Of a stretch of DNA of 53,582 nt, positions 45,285-53,582 are shown piece after piece. The stretch spans positions 1-53,582 of the IMG/VR virus record IMGVR_UViG_3300024351_000034. One strand, given 5' to 3'. The position numbers and the translations under genes are program-made. The notes under the pieces are model-generated. The model searched no databases, was not told where the DNA came from, and was given only the letters and a program-made list of their open reading frames with translations. Positions within the stretch are counted from its first letter, which is position 1, and the number at the start of each line of letters is the position of its first letter. Source of the stretch: a virus. Lineage: Duplodnaviria > Caudoviricetes.

Positions 45285-48200
45285 TATTGTCCTCCACGAC
45301 GTTGAGTAATTCCATAGAATCCTAGTACGCCTAATCCAGCACCTCCAAGTCGTCTAGCTGCAGCTGAACCCTTGCGAGGTTTTGGTGCTTGTGCTGCTGG
45401 CGTTGGTGGTTCTGGTTGTTGTGGTCTTAAAGCTGGTGGCCTTGGAAGTAATGTGCTATGTTCTGAACTTACAGTACGACTCGTAGGTGCTTTGCTTGGT
45501 TGATTAATTTTAGTTCCACCAGCAACTTTAACTACACCACTTGCACGTTGTACTCTTTGTACATCACTTGACCTAGCAGGTTTTTGTGTAATACTGTCCG
45601 GAACGTTTTCAAAATCTTTGGAATTTTGAAGAGCGCGTATAGCTGATCTTGGTCCTGAAAAATCAACCCATCCTTTACCTTTAACATATGCAACAAAATA
45701 TGCTCTAGCTGATGCATCTCGTTTTGCTTTAGCTTCTGCTTGACGTGCCGCATTTGCCTCAATGGCTGCTTTACGCCTAGCTTCATCTTTAGCCTTTTTC
45801 TCCTCTGGGGTAATTGTTGCAGCATTACCTCGTTTAATGTTTTGTCTAATATTTTCTTCAGCTATATCTGGTGCAGCTTCTTTAGCGTATGCAGAAATAT
45901 TAGCCTTGGCTTGCTTGTGTACAGTAACCTGTGTTTCCATATCGTCGCGTATATACGCATCTAGCCACTGGTCAAGATTGCGTAAAACAATTTGTCCTTC
46001 AGGCGTAGATTCATCTATGTATGGGTATTGTTTTAATATCTGCTTTGTAACAATATTTTTTGTTGCCGTTAAATCAGCTTCTGGATCTAATATTGCATTT
46101 TTTGCTTCCATGTCATTGATTATTGCTCGTCCAGTTGCTGTGACACCATGCCAAGTTGTATCAAAGTCTTTGTAGATTAATCCCTTTACATTTTCTACCT
46201 CACTTCGTTCTACATTTGTAATTGCTCTGTCTTCAATGCCAGTGGCTCTACCACGAGATGACGACGCATTCATTGCCCATGCAACTCGTGGTGATGGAGC
46301 GGTAGCAGCGTTAGATGAGTATGTATTAAGCCACCCTAATAATTGTTTGCCTTTATATGGCGTCATTGTTGTGAGATAACGTTCAAAATCAGCAAATGTA
46401 AATCTGCCATTTTCTTCAACTGGAATACCCGTAATTTCTGAAAATGATGACCCGCGTTCATCCATGTCTGGAGCATCTTTAATTAATCCCATAATGTCAC
46501 GTGCAAACCCATTCATCTGTAATCGCACGTAATTGTCATCTACACCAATAGACGTTGTGTCCGCATTTGCCGATTGAAGCGCACCTTGTTCTGCAACAAC
46601 TTGAGCACTAATGGATTTACGTCGTGTTACTGCTCTTCCAGCAACATCTGTTACTGGAACCCATGATCCGGCCTCATCTTTTTGAAAAACAGGAGTTGTA
46701 ACTACACCATTTTTTTGTACATAAATTGGCTTTGATCGAATTGGATTTCCATCTACGTCTTCCGCAAATCCAACTATACGACTTCCACGTTGCACAACAG
46801 ATCGATTTTGCGCAGAAAAATAATGTGGAATATCCACACCAGATTTACCAGCAACCCACGCACCGATCATATCTACAGCCTGTGCTGTACGACCCTGACC
46901 TGTAAGTGCTTTGATTGGTTGACCGTAATCTACTTCACCACCCTTGCTTCGGAATAATATTCCTCTGTTTGTGCCAACTTCAATTCCAGATTCAAGTTCT
47001 GCACGTGCGGTATCCCTAGCATCTGTCAGCGTTGTTAAAAGTAATTTAGCATTTTCAATATTGTCATTTGACACAACACCTGAGTCTATATTTTTCTTTA
47101 GTTCATGTATTGCTACATCCAATGACCTAACAGACTCATCCCATGAATCGTCAGGCACAAAATTCATTTTGTCGTCAACATTTGGCGTAATAAAATGAAT
47201 TAGGTCATCTGAATATCGTTGAGCTTCTCCTAAACGCAAATCTTCTGGTGCATTTACAAACGCGTTGTACGTTGATTTAACATCTTCCGCACTCATAGGC
47301 AATCCAAGCAATGATGGATTGATTCCGTGTAATCCTGCTAGTCCAGCAATTACAGGGCGACCCGACGACAAACCACTGTTAGATTCTTGTTGTCTTTTTG
47401 TTGCATACAGCGTTTTAATTTGTCGTGCGCGGTAGGCCTCAATGCGCTGACGACGAGCACCGCCAAAACCTGTCATTTCATAAATAGGAGCTGTATACGG
47501 ATCTTTAAATGTACTAGATTGTTCTCCATATATACCGACGTCAGATGTGTTTTCAGGGCCAAAAATTAATCGTAACTGATCATCACTAGCATATGGTGCT
47601 AATGCACGTGCAGCTCCTTGAGGGTCATTGGCAGTCAAACGACTATCTATAATGTTACTTGCTGCAGCAAATTCTGTTTCACGTCCTTTGTAATTAAAGT
47701 CAAACAGGTTGGTTATAAAACTTTTTCCAGAATAACTAGCAGCTAAAGTTTTCATCATTGCGTCACGCGCAACGCCGGGTGCCATATTAACAATTGTCCC
47801 AATATTGTCATCTGCTACTGGAATAAGACTAGCAATATTCCTCTGCATATGCCTAATCCACGGAGCTGATGTAGTTGATAAATCACCACTAGACATTAAT
47901 GGTTCTAAAAACCGCATGGTTAAAGTATTTTTTGCTGACACAGCAGGTGCTAAATTTTTGCCGGATTGCAAATCTTTCATGACTGCAGCACCACTAGTTT
48001 TAATTAATTCACCTGCAGCAAAATCACGTGCTTGCAAACGTTCAGCCTGTTTTGCAACTCCAGCATCATTTCCACGTTTAAAGTATTTTTCAAAACCCGG
48101 CGTACTGCCAAGCATGTCTTCAAAATCGATATCAGTTTGCACTTTAATAGGCATTCCAACACCAGCCATACGCTGATTTGAAAAATAGCGTTGTGCTTGC

Positions 48201-49405
48201 TGCTGTTGCAAAGATCCATCACCAGACCTAACGCCCAACATAAATGCTAGTCCACCACGAGCAACCTTTTGCTGGTTACTGCCAGTTGACTCTTCAGCAA
48301 GTTGAATAGTATTTTCAAGTGCTTTAAACGCTGTTGAATTTGTTATGTCTTCAATCTGGCTAGTTAAACGATCATATTCCGACCTAACATAGCCACTGAT
48401 GCCTTTAATGTTTTTGCCTTGAGCTTTTAATTGTTCTCCAACTACATCCATTGTTGCGCCAGTCGTACCTCGCAACGCTTGTGCAACGGGATCACTTTCA
48501 ATTAATGGTAATGTTTCCATTACAGCGTTTACATCACCGCGAACTAATGCATTTTGCTGTTGTCGTAATGCATTAATTTCTCGTGTTATAGATGTGTAAA
48601 TTTGCTTAAGTGGTGCTAATGGATTAACACCAGAGAACTTTCCTGTTGCAGCTGCAATTACACGATCTGCAATTTCTAATGATCGATTTACTTGATTTTC
48701 ATTTTGATCAGCAAAAATTGGGTCAACTGGATTAAATTTACCTAACAGTGTAGATGCTCTACTTGGTTCTTTAGATTGTTCTGTAGAACTAAATCCTTGG
48801 TTTAACTGATAATCACTTGTAAAGTCTTCTGGCCTAACTGGTGTGCTTGGTGCATTTGGATTTATCACTCCACGCAAATTACGTGGTTTTGGCATCGGGC
48901 GTTCTTTTTCTAATGGAACACCTGCATCTGATGGTTGAGCTGCAATACGTGCTCGATATTCTTCTGGCGTTAAATTAGTTGGAATATCTAGATCGCCAGC
49001 AGCATCTGACATATTACGAGGATCCGAATAAGATCCAGTTGCCACAGGAGGTATAGAAACCGGAGTTGGAGTTGCAGTAGAAGCTGATGCACGAGGTGGT
49101 AAAGATCGCCCTCTAGGTGGCATTGCTCTTCCACGCGGTGCGCGTTCTGGATTAATTGGCCCCTGCCCCAACGCTAATAATGCCATAGGGTCTTGTGCTG
49201 TTGGTGCTGTTGGTTCAGCATCAGGTTGCACTGGCCCCTGTCCGGCATTACTAGCTTGCGCTGGTGTTCCCGGTACAGGAGGAGGTGGCATCTGCGGTAA
49301 CGTACCACCTTGTGTTTGTCCTGCTTGCGCAGGTGCAGGAGAAGATGTAGGCGCAGCCTTTTTCTTTTCCTCATCCATCATCATGTTCATTAACGCAGAT
49401 GCCAT
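45284..49405 (-). CDS. Large hypothetical protein (1373 aa) with Pro-rich termini and C-terminal hydrophobic tail
   Basis: Long ORF ending RRLGGAGLGVLGFYGITQRRGGQ. Confidence 0.8.
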   Translation of the reverse strand: MASALMNMMMDEEKKKAAPTSSPAPAQAGQTQGGTLPQMPPPPVPGTPAQASNAGQGPVQPDAEPTAPTAQDPMALLALGQGPINPERAPRGRAMPPRGRSLPPRASASTATPTPVSIPPVATGSYSDPRNMSDAAGDLDIPTNLTPEEYRARIAAQPSDAGVPLEKERPMPKPRNLRGVINPNAPSTPVRPEDFTSDYQLNQGFSSTEQSKEPSRASTLLGKFNPVDPIFADQNENQVNRSLEIADRVIAAATGKFSGVNPLAPLKQIYTSITREINALRQQQNALVRGDVNAVMETLPLIESDPVAQALRGTTGATMDVVGEQLKAQGKNIKGISGYVRSEYDRLTSQIEDITNSTAFKALENTIQLAEESTGSNQQKVARGGLAFMLGVRSGDGSLQQQQAQRYFSNQRMAGVGMPIKVQTDIDFEDMLGSTPGFEKYFKRGNDAGVAKQAERLQARDFAAGELIKTSGAAVMKDLQSGKNLAPAVSAKNTLTMRFLEPLMSSGDLSTTSAPWIRHMQRNIASLIPVADDNIGTIVNMAPGVARDAMMKTLAASYSGKSFITNLFDFNYKGRETEFAAASNIIDSRLTANDPQGAARALAPYASDDQLRLIFGPENTSDVGIYGEQSSTFKDPYTAPIYEMTGFGGARRQRIEAYRARQIKTLYATKRQQESNSGLSSGRPVIAGLAGLHGINPSLLGLPMSAEDVKSTYNAFVNAPEDLRLGEAQRYSDDLIHFITPNVDDKMNFVPDDSWDESVRSLDVAIHELKKNIDSGVVSNDNIENAKLLLTTLTDARDTARAELESGIEVGTNRGILFRSKGGEVDYGQPIKALTGQGRTAQAVDMIGAWVAGKSGVDIPHYFSAQNRSVVQRGSRIVGFAEDVDGNPIRSKPIYVQKNGVVTTPVFQKDEAGSWVPVTDVAGRAVTRRKSISAQVVAEQGALQSANADTTSIGVDDNYVRLQMNGFARDIMGLIKDAPDMDERGSSFSEITGIPVEENGRFTFADFERYLTTMTPYKGKQLLGWLNTYSSNAATAPSPRVAWAMNASSSRGRATGIEDRAITNVERSEVENVKGLIYKDFDTTWHGVTATGRAIINDMEAKNAILDPEADLTATKNIVTKQILKQYPYIDESTPEGQIVLRNLDQWLDAYIRDDMETQVTVHKQAKANISAYAKEAAPDIAEENIRQNIKRGNAATITPEEKKAKDEARRKAAIEANAARQAEAKAKRDASARAYFVAYVKGKGWVDFSGPRSAIRALQNSKDFENVPDSITQKPARSSDVQRVQRASGVVKVAGGTKINQPSKAPTSRTVSSEHSTLLPRPPALRPQQPEPPTPAAQAPKPRKGSAAARRLGGAGLGVLGFYGITQRRGGQ

Positions 49406-49413
49406 ATTTGTAC

Positions 49414-50532
49414 CTATCTACCCATTAACTTCTTACGCATTGGTGATACGTATGAACCATTGGATCGCTTTACTTCGGTTCGCGGACCAGTTGATGCTTT
49501 TCCTAATGGCCTATTAACAGCTGGAGTTGTTGCTTTGCCACGAGGAACATTGGTTGAAGCTCCAGTAGACGTTGTTTGTCGTCCTGCAACTTTTCCCTTT
49601 TGAAATCCATTGTATTCTGCATCTCCAACATCGCGAGCACGACGTGCTGCCATTGCTCCAACACCAAGTGCAAATCCAGCACCAAATCGCGCAACTGGAC
49701 TTTTAGCTGCAGCTTTACCTTGTCGTGCCACAGTATTTGCTGCATTTTTACCACGGTTAACAGCTTGACTGACAACAGCTTTTGCACGAGCTTGCGGAGA
49801 ATTTTTTTCTGCATTTATACGTGCTTGTTGTGCAGCTGCTGCTGCGTTTGCGCGACGTCGAGCCATCATGTCGCGCATTTCTTGGGATTGTGCTAATTGA
49901 CGCGCATTTGCTTGTCGGCCTGATATTTCGTCACCACGTTGTCTAGTAAAACGCCCAGCTTGAATATCTTGCTTTAAAACTTGACGAAATGGCTCTGTTA
50001 ATGGACGACCTGCGGCAGCAGCTGCTTTTTCTGCAGCTTGTGCTTTACGAGCAGCGTTAATGCCAGCTTTTTGCACTGCTAAACCACCTGCAGTTTGTGT
50101 GCGTCCATTAACTTCACGTTCACCATATCGTTCACGGTGATACGGTTTTGCTGTCTTGTCATAACTTCCAGACGCCTTTACAGGTGACTGGAGATCAGGA
50201 CGTTTGTATCCAGCAGCGCGTTGCCCCATTGGCTTAGGTAGTGGCGCTTCTTTTTCTTTTGCCCGTGGTAAACCGTCTGTAATACTGTACCCCTTACCTA
50301 GTGCTGATCCCGGTTGACTTGTTTCGGATCTAGCGTCAGTTCGATGCAATGCACCAATTGGATACGGCTGTACTGGTATTCCGTTAGGTTTGTAACGTTT
50401 TTCCGTTGCTGGTTTTGATGGAGGTGTTGCCTCACGTTTTCCAGCGGTTACTTCGCGTGTATTTGCCGCTTTTGCTTGCGACATTTTCTTTTTGTTTGCG
50501 TCATCTGCGCCCGATGCAACTGTTTGTGGCAT
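49414..50532 (-). CDS. Highly basic Ala/Arg/Lys-rich low-complexity protein (372 aa)
   Basis: SD GGAGGT; one hydrophobic segment FGAGFALGVGAMAARR. Confidence 0.78.
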   Translation of the reverse strand: MPQTVASGADDANKKKMSQAKAANTREVTAGKREATPPSKPATEKRYKPNGIPVQPYPIGALHRTDARSETSQPGSALGKGYSITDGLPRAKEKEAPLPKPMGQRAAGYKRPDLQSPVKASGSYDKTAKPYHRERYGEREVNGRTQTAGGLAVQKAGINAARKAQAAEKAAAAAGRPLTEPFRQVLKQDIQAGRFTRQRGDEISGRQANARQLAQSQEMRDMMARRRANAAAAAQQARINAEKNSPQARAKAVVSQAVNRGKNAANTVARQGKAAAKSPVARFGAGFALGVGAMAARRARDVGDAEYNGFQKGKVAGRQTTSTGASTNVPRGKATTPAVNRPLGKASTGPRTEVKRSNGSYVSPMRKKLMGR

Positions 50533-50543
50533 AGTGGCACCTC

Positions 50544-50939
50544 CTATTTATTAGCACGTCTGGCAGCTATTGCTTGACTGCCAATCATGAGTGCAAGCAT
50601 TCCGCTTGCTGGTCTGGAACCCCTGCCACGCAGTTGAACCATATTGTGACCTACAGAACGTCCACGAGCATCGTTTTTGATAGCTTGCTTAGATCTCGGT
50701 GCATTATCACGTGGGTCTATTCGACCGTATGTTTGTTGTTCTTCGCCACCATAATAACCACGTTTACGGTTTTCTAATTGATTCGCAATACGCAACATAT
50801 AACCTTGCTGCGTTTCATTAGGCCGTACGGGAGGAGGTTCTATGCCATGCGCCCGCCATTTGTCAATATGTGCTTGTGTTTGCACAGATATTTTTTGCGG
50901 TCGCCCAGATGGAGATATAAAACGAAATTCTTCTTCCAT
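50544..50939 (-). CDS. Basic protein (131 aa) with shared C-terminal motif
   Basis: Ends ASGMLALMIGSQAIAARRANK. Confidence 0.78.
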   Translation of the reverse strand: MEEEFRFISPSGRPQKISVQTQAHIDKWRAHGIEPPPVRPNETQQGYMLRIANQLENRKRGYYGGEEQQTYGRIDPRDNAPRSKQAIKNDARGRSVGHNMVQLRGRGSRPASGMLALMIGSQAIAARRANK

Positions 50940-50944
50940 CGTTA

Positions 50945-51424
50945 CTACTTCTTTTTGTTGCCAGCTTTTACCATTTTGGATAATGTCGGCGTCGTTCTTG
51001 CATTTGGTGAATTAAAATCATTCTTTCCAACTTGCTGACGAACATAATGCTGCCGTGCTTGTTGCCCAATGATGTCGTTTTGTCGCTGACCACGATCCAT
51101 CGCAATCTCGTGGCGTTTATTATCAGCACGTTCTAAAGCATCTTGATATTTACTTTCGCTATAGAATCCACGACGTTCATTCATTGACGCACCAACTGCT
51201 TTAGCACGTGCACGATCTCGCATACTCGGAAGAACGCCATTATCCAACATCATCGTCATGCGTTCTTCTTGGCGTCGAGAATCATTAATTCTCTTTACAG
51301 GATCCATACCTTGAAGTCGCATTGTGCGAGCATTACGCACGGGGTTACCCTGAGCATCAGTTGTGTAATATTCTGTTGCGTAATCTGACGATCCAGCCAT
51401 ACCTACATCACGTTTACGTGGCAT
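50945..51424 (-). CDS. Basic Arg-rich protein (159 aa)
   Basis: SD AAGGAG; ends PTLSKMVKAGNKKK. Confidence 0.78.
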   Translation of the reverse strand: MPRKRDVGMAGSSDYATEYYTTDAQGNPVRNARTMRLQGMDPVKRINDSRRQEERMTMMLDNGVLPSMRDRARAKAVGASMNERRGFYSESKYQDALERADNKRHEIAMDRGQRQNDIIGQQARQHYVRQQVGKNDFNSPNARTTPTLSKMVKAGNKKK

Positions 51425-51435
51425 AATTGTTCTCC

Positions 51436-51783
51436 TTATTTTCCTGCTCGCCTGTTCGCTATTGCTTGACTAGCCATCATCATAGCAAGCATTCCACTTG
51501 CAGCTTTACCTCTTGTTGCGGACTGTTTTCTTGCACTTAATTTTGCTCGCATTTTTGCGGTATCTTCTGCCATATGACGTGTTTGTGTACGACTATCAGC
51601 TAATCGTCCATCTCCTCCACGCTCACGATCAACTTGTCCACTCCATGAACCTAAATCTTGTGTTCCGGGATGTACAAATGAACCACCTTTTTGTTTCCCA
51701 TTATTCTTTTTTGCCAATGCATCAAACGATGCTCTGCTATTATATTTAGGGACTGGATTACGATTATCTAAATTCTGAGGCAT
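51436..51783 (-). CDS. Basic protein (115 aa) with shared C-terminal motif
   Basis: SD AAGGAG; ends ASGMLAMMMASQAIANRRAGK. Confidence 0.78.
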   Translation of the reverse strand: MPQNLDNRNPVPKYNSRASFDALAKKNNGKQKGGSFVHPGTQDLGSWSGQVDRERGGDGRLADSRTQTRHMAEDTAKMRAKLSARKQSATRGKAASGMLAMMMASQAIANRRAGK

Positions 51784-51794
51784 AACGGTTCTCC

Positions 51795-52088
51795 TTATTT
51801 CACGCGACGTAAGTTAGGATTACGTCGTTTTGCACTAGCAGAGGCTTTACGCGATGATGCTGCTAATATTGCACCCGCTGCGCGATTACTAATCCCCTGT
51901 TTTGAAGCAATCTTAGATTGAACAGCTTTAAATCCGGGATGCTTATCTTCTCCACCCGGACCATATTCAGCACGTTCGTGTTGAGCTTGCGCACGAGGAG
52001 AAAGTCCTTTTTTGCTATACTCACGTTTTTCCGTTTTTTGCATAGCTTTACTCATGCCCATTAAGTGTGACATCATTGATGATTTCAT
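51795..52088 (-). CDS. Small very basic phage protein
   Basis: Start set at the ATGA overlap (52088); HPGFKAVQSKIA...AGAILAASSRKAS..AKRRNPNLRRVK. Confidence 0.75.
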   Translation of the reverse strand: MKSSMMSHLMGMSKAMQKTEKREYSKKGLSPRAQAQHERAEYGPGGEDKHPGFKAVQSKIASKQGISNRAAGAILAASSRKASASAKRRNPNLRRVK

Positions 52089-52336
52089 TTGCAGTTCCAT
52101 GCCCTCAAAGATTTATTAATCCTGCTATTTGGATCATTAGCTGTTTTTGACGAGGTTCGTTTGGCTTTCATGCCGGACATTCTGGCACAAAAAGAGGCAC
52201 GACGTCCTGCGTCTGCCTTAGTTGTTGGGTGTGGAGCTGGCGGTTTTAAATTTGCGCCTGTTGTACGCTTAAAATGTGCTCTACCAGCAGCGTTAAGACC
52301 ACCAGAAGGGTCTTGATATTTTTTTACTACTCCCAT
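52085..52336 (-). CDS. Small basic phage protein (DUF6321-like)
   Basis: GGLNAAGR...NLKPP...RRASFCARMSG...DPNSRINKSLRAWNC, recalled as a conserved uncharacterised phage family; SD GAGGTG. Confidence 0.75.
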   Translation of the reverse strand: MGVVKKYQDPSGGLNAAGRAHFKRTTGANLKPPAPHPTTKADAGRRASFCARMSGMKAKRTSSKTANDPNSRINKSLRAWNCK

Positions 52337-52351
52337 TGTTCACCTCTATGC

Positions 52352-52357
52352 ATTATA
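52352..52357 (-). promoter_or_regulatory. Candidate -10 box heading the late operon
   Basis: Perfect TATAAT on the - strand between the ssb terminator and the SD of 52085-52336; no canonical -35. Confidence 0.55.
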
Positions 52358-52360
52358 CAT

Positions 52361-52385
52361 AAAAAAGACCCGCTATATGCGGGTC
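52361..52385 (-). terminator. Rho-independent terminator after ssb
   Basis: On the - strand: GACCCGC-ATATA-GCGGGTC-TTTTTT. Confidence 0.88.
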
Positions 52386-52392
52386 GTAATGT

Positions 52393-52782
52393 TTAGTCTG
52401 CAAATGGATCATCAATATCACTCGTGTCTATTGCACCTGCTAGCTTTGGATTTGGCGGTTGATTATCACTATCACGCCTAGAATCGAGCAGTTGCCAGTT
52501 GTCAATAATAATCTTAACGGTTTGTTGCTTAGCTCCTTCTTTATTTACAAATTGCTCTAATTGAATCTTTCCAACAATACCAATCAAACGTCCCTTTTGT
52601 GCATACTCAGCTAACGCATCTCCTTGTTGCCCAAATGCAGTACAACTGAAAAAATCTGTTTCTTTTTCTCGTCCTTTACGGTCAACTGCAACACGAATAT
52701 TGCATACAGACTTACCGTTAGGTGTTTGACGTGACTCTGGATCGGCAACTAATCGACCGACAATTGTGCATTGATTAATCAT
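52393..52782 (-). CDS. ssb: Single-stranded DNA-binding protein
   Basis: INQCTIVGRLVADPESR, TDFF, KGRLIGIVGKI; acidic tail DIDDPFAD. Confidence 0.96.
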   Translation of the reverse strand: MINQCTIVGRLVADPESRQTPNGKSVCNIRVAVDRKGREKETDFFSCTAFGQQGDALAEYAQKGRLIGIVGKIQLEQFVNKEGAKQQTVKIIIDNWQLLDSRRDSDNQPPNPKLAGAIDTSDIDDPFAD

Positions 52783-52791
52783 GATACTATG

Positions 52792-52800
52792 ATTATATCA
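52792..52800 (-). promoter_or_regulatory. Extended -10 promoter for ssb
   Basis: TG-A-TATAAT on the - strand, 9 nt before the ssb ATG, with no SD in between. Confidence 0.6.
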
Positions 52801-52831
52801 GATGTATTACATGAAAACGGAGGTTTGAAAT

Positions 52832-53026
52832 ATGAGTTGGTTTAGCAAGACATTAAAAAAACTTAGTGGTAATCGCGTTCCAGAAATTGATTTTTCGGAA
52901 TCATTTATTGCTAAAAATGTAACAATTATGACCGTGCAACGATTACTATTAGAGTTAGATGACGACGATCTTCGCAGACTCTGGCACATGATTGGAAATG
53001 AGCTGGCGAAACGTAAGAACCAATAA
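52832..53026 (+). CDS. Small hypothetical protein (64 aa), opposite orientation to its neighbours
   Basis: SD GGAGG 8 nt upstream; followed by a hairpin. Confidence 0.75.
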   Translation: MSWFSKTLKKLSGNRVPEIDFSESFIAKNVTIMTVQRLLLELDDDDLRRLWHMIGNELAKRKNQ

Positions 53027-53032
53027 AAACTA

Positions 53033-53057
53033 AGAGCACTGATTTATTCAGTGCTCT
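53033..53057. terminator. Probable bidirectional terminator overlapping the thyX stop
   Basis: AGAGCACTGA-TTTAT-TCAGTGCTCT 10-bp stem; followed by TAGTTTTT on - and CTTCTTCTTT on +. Confidence 0.75.
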
Positions 53058-53582
53058 CTTCTTCTTTCATCCAGTACTTTTTAAAAGCTTCTGTTGTGCT
53101 TGGAAGTACTTGAGTAAGTACATTCCAACAATCTGTTGCCACTTCTCTATGTTCTTGTTGCGTATGGCTATCCATGCGCACTTTACAGTAGTGTAACCAG
53201 TCTCTAACAGTGCCTTTCATGTACAAACGAGTGCCTACGCACAATGGAAGAACCATTCTAGCTGATTCTAAAGCTACACCAGATTCTACGAGATTGTTAT
53301 AAGCTCGTATAGCAACCAAAATTGGAGCAAGCGCTTTATTATCCATCTCAAATTGGGTTTCTTGATCTTCAAAATTAACACTCCCTTGTCGATTTGAGCT
53401 TCCTTTGCGCCTCATTTTTGGTAAATCTAGCTCAATTTTACTTACATCAGCATATCGTTGGCTAAATTCTTGAAAATGAAAGCTCCTGTGCCTAAGAATT
53501 TGCGCTGAAACAGCCCTAGAAGTGTAAATTTCCATGACAACATCAACCATTTCAAACACAGACCAGTGCCCATCTCGCATAC
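53044..53582 (-). CDS. thyX: Flavin-dependent thymidylate synthase ThyX (5' truncated by window)
   Basis: GHWSVFE, ThyX motif RHRSFHFQEFSQRY, ESARMVLP, TQQEHR. Confidence 0.96.
   Translation of the reverse strand, partial: MRDGHWSVFEMVDVVMEIYTSRAVSAQILRHRSFHFQEFSQRYADVSKIELDLPKMRRKGSSNRQGSVNFEDQETQFEMDNKALAPILVAIRAYNNLVESGVALESARMVLPLCVGTRLYMKGTVRDWLHYCKVRMDSHTQQEHREVATDCWNVLTQVLPSTTEAFKKYWMKEEESTE

Larger units (their letters stand above)
1..53582. mobile_element. Segment of a tailed dsDNA phage genome (podovirus-like); neither genome end is visible
   Basis: Contains terminase, portal, scaffold, capsid, adaptors, nozzle, ejection proteins, endolysin and a DnaB replication module. Genes abut through ATGA/TAATG overlaps. 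No tape measure, sheath or host housekeeping genes were recognised. Confidence 0.97.

Noticed and set aside
159-52812. ATGTAT-N-A motif near several gene starts (159, 20788, 52360, 52802)
   Set aside because: Too short and AT-rich to tell from background without a count.
1-53582. Stop-codon reassignment, introns or inteins
   Set aside because: Genes tile the window in the standard code using all three stops; DnaB and TerL are normal length and the visible part of ThyX is uninterrupted.

Overview
The whole window is a densely coding segment of a tailed dsDNA bacteriophage (Caudoviricetes), most consistent with a short-tailed podovirus architecture. The + strand (1-6621) carries recombination and replication genes: VRR-NUC nuclease, Rad52/Sak-like annealing protein, Mu Gam-like protein, LmbU-family regulator, HTH replication initiator, helicase loader and DnaB. 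A single ~46 kb - strand late block (52336 to 6601) converges on it. In order it holds an 8 kb array of basic, low-complexity unknown proteins, TerS/TerL, portal, scaffold, a BPP-1-like capsid and cement, two head-tail adaptors, three holin-like genes, fibre/appendage genes, a tail nozzle, ejection proteins including a 4469-aa giant with a zincin HExxH domain, and a CHAP endolysin. ssb, a lone + strand gene and a 5'-truncated thyX lie at the right end. I saw no integrase, repressor, polymerase, tRNA, CRISPR array or reverse transcriptase. The best novelty candidates are: (i) the pre-terminase array, whose products share a hydrophobic segment ending in RR and short scaffold-like terminal motifs; (ii) a duplicated two-gene appendage module; (iii) an 18-aa-repeat protein paired with a small beta-rich subunit; (iv) the giant protease-bearing ejection protein. 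All family calls come from motif recognition by eye; no searches were run.
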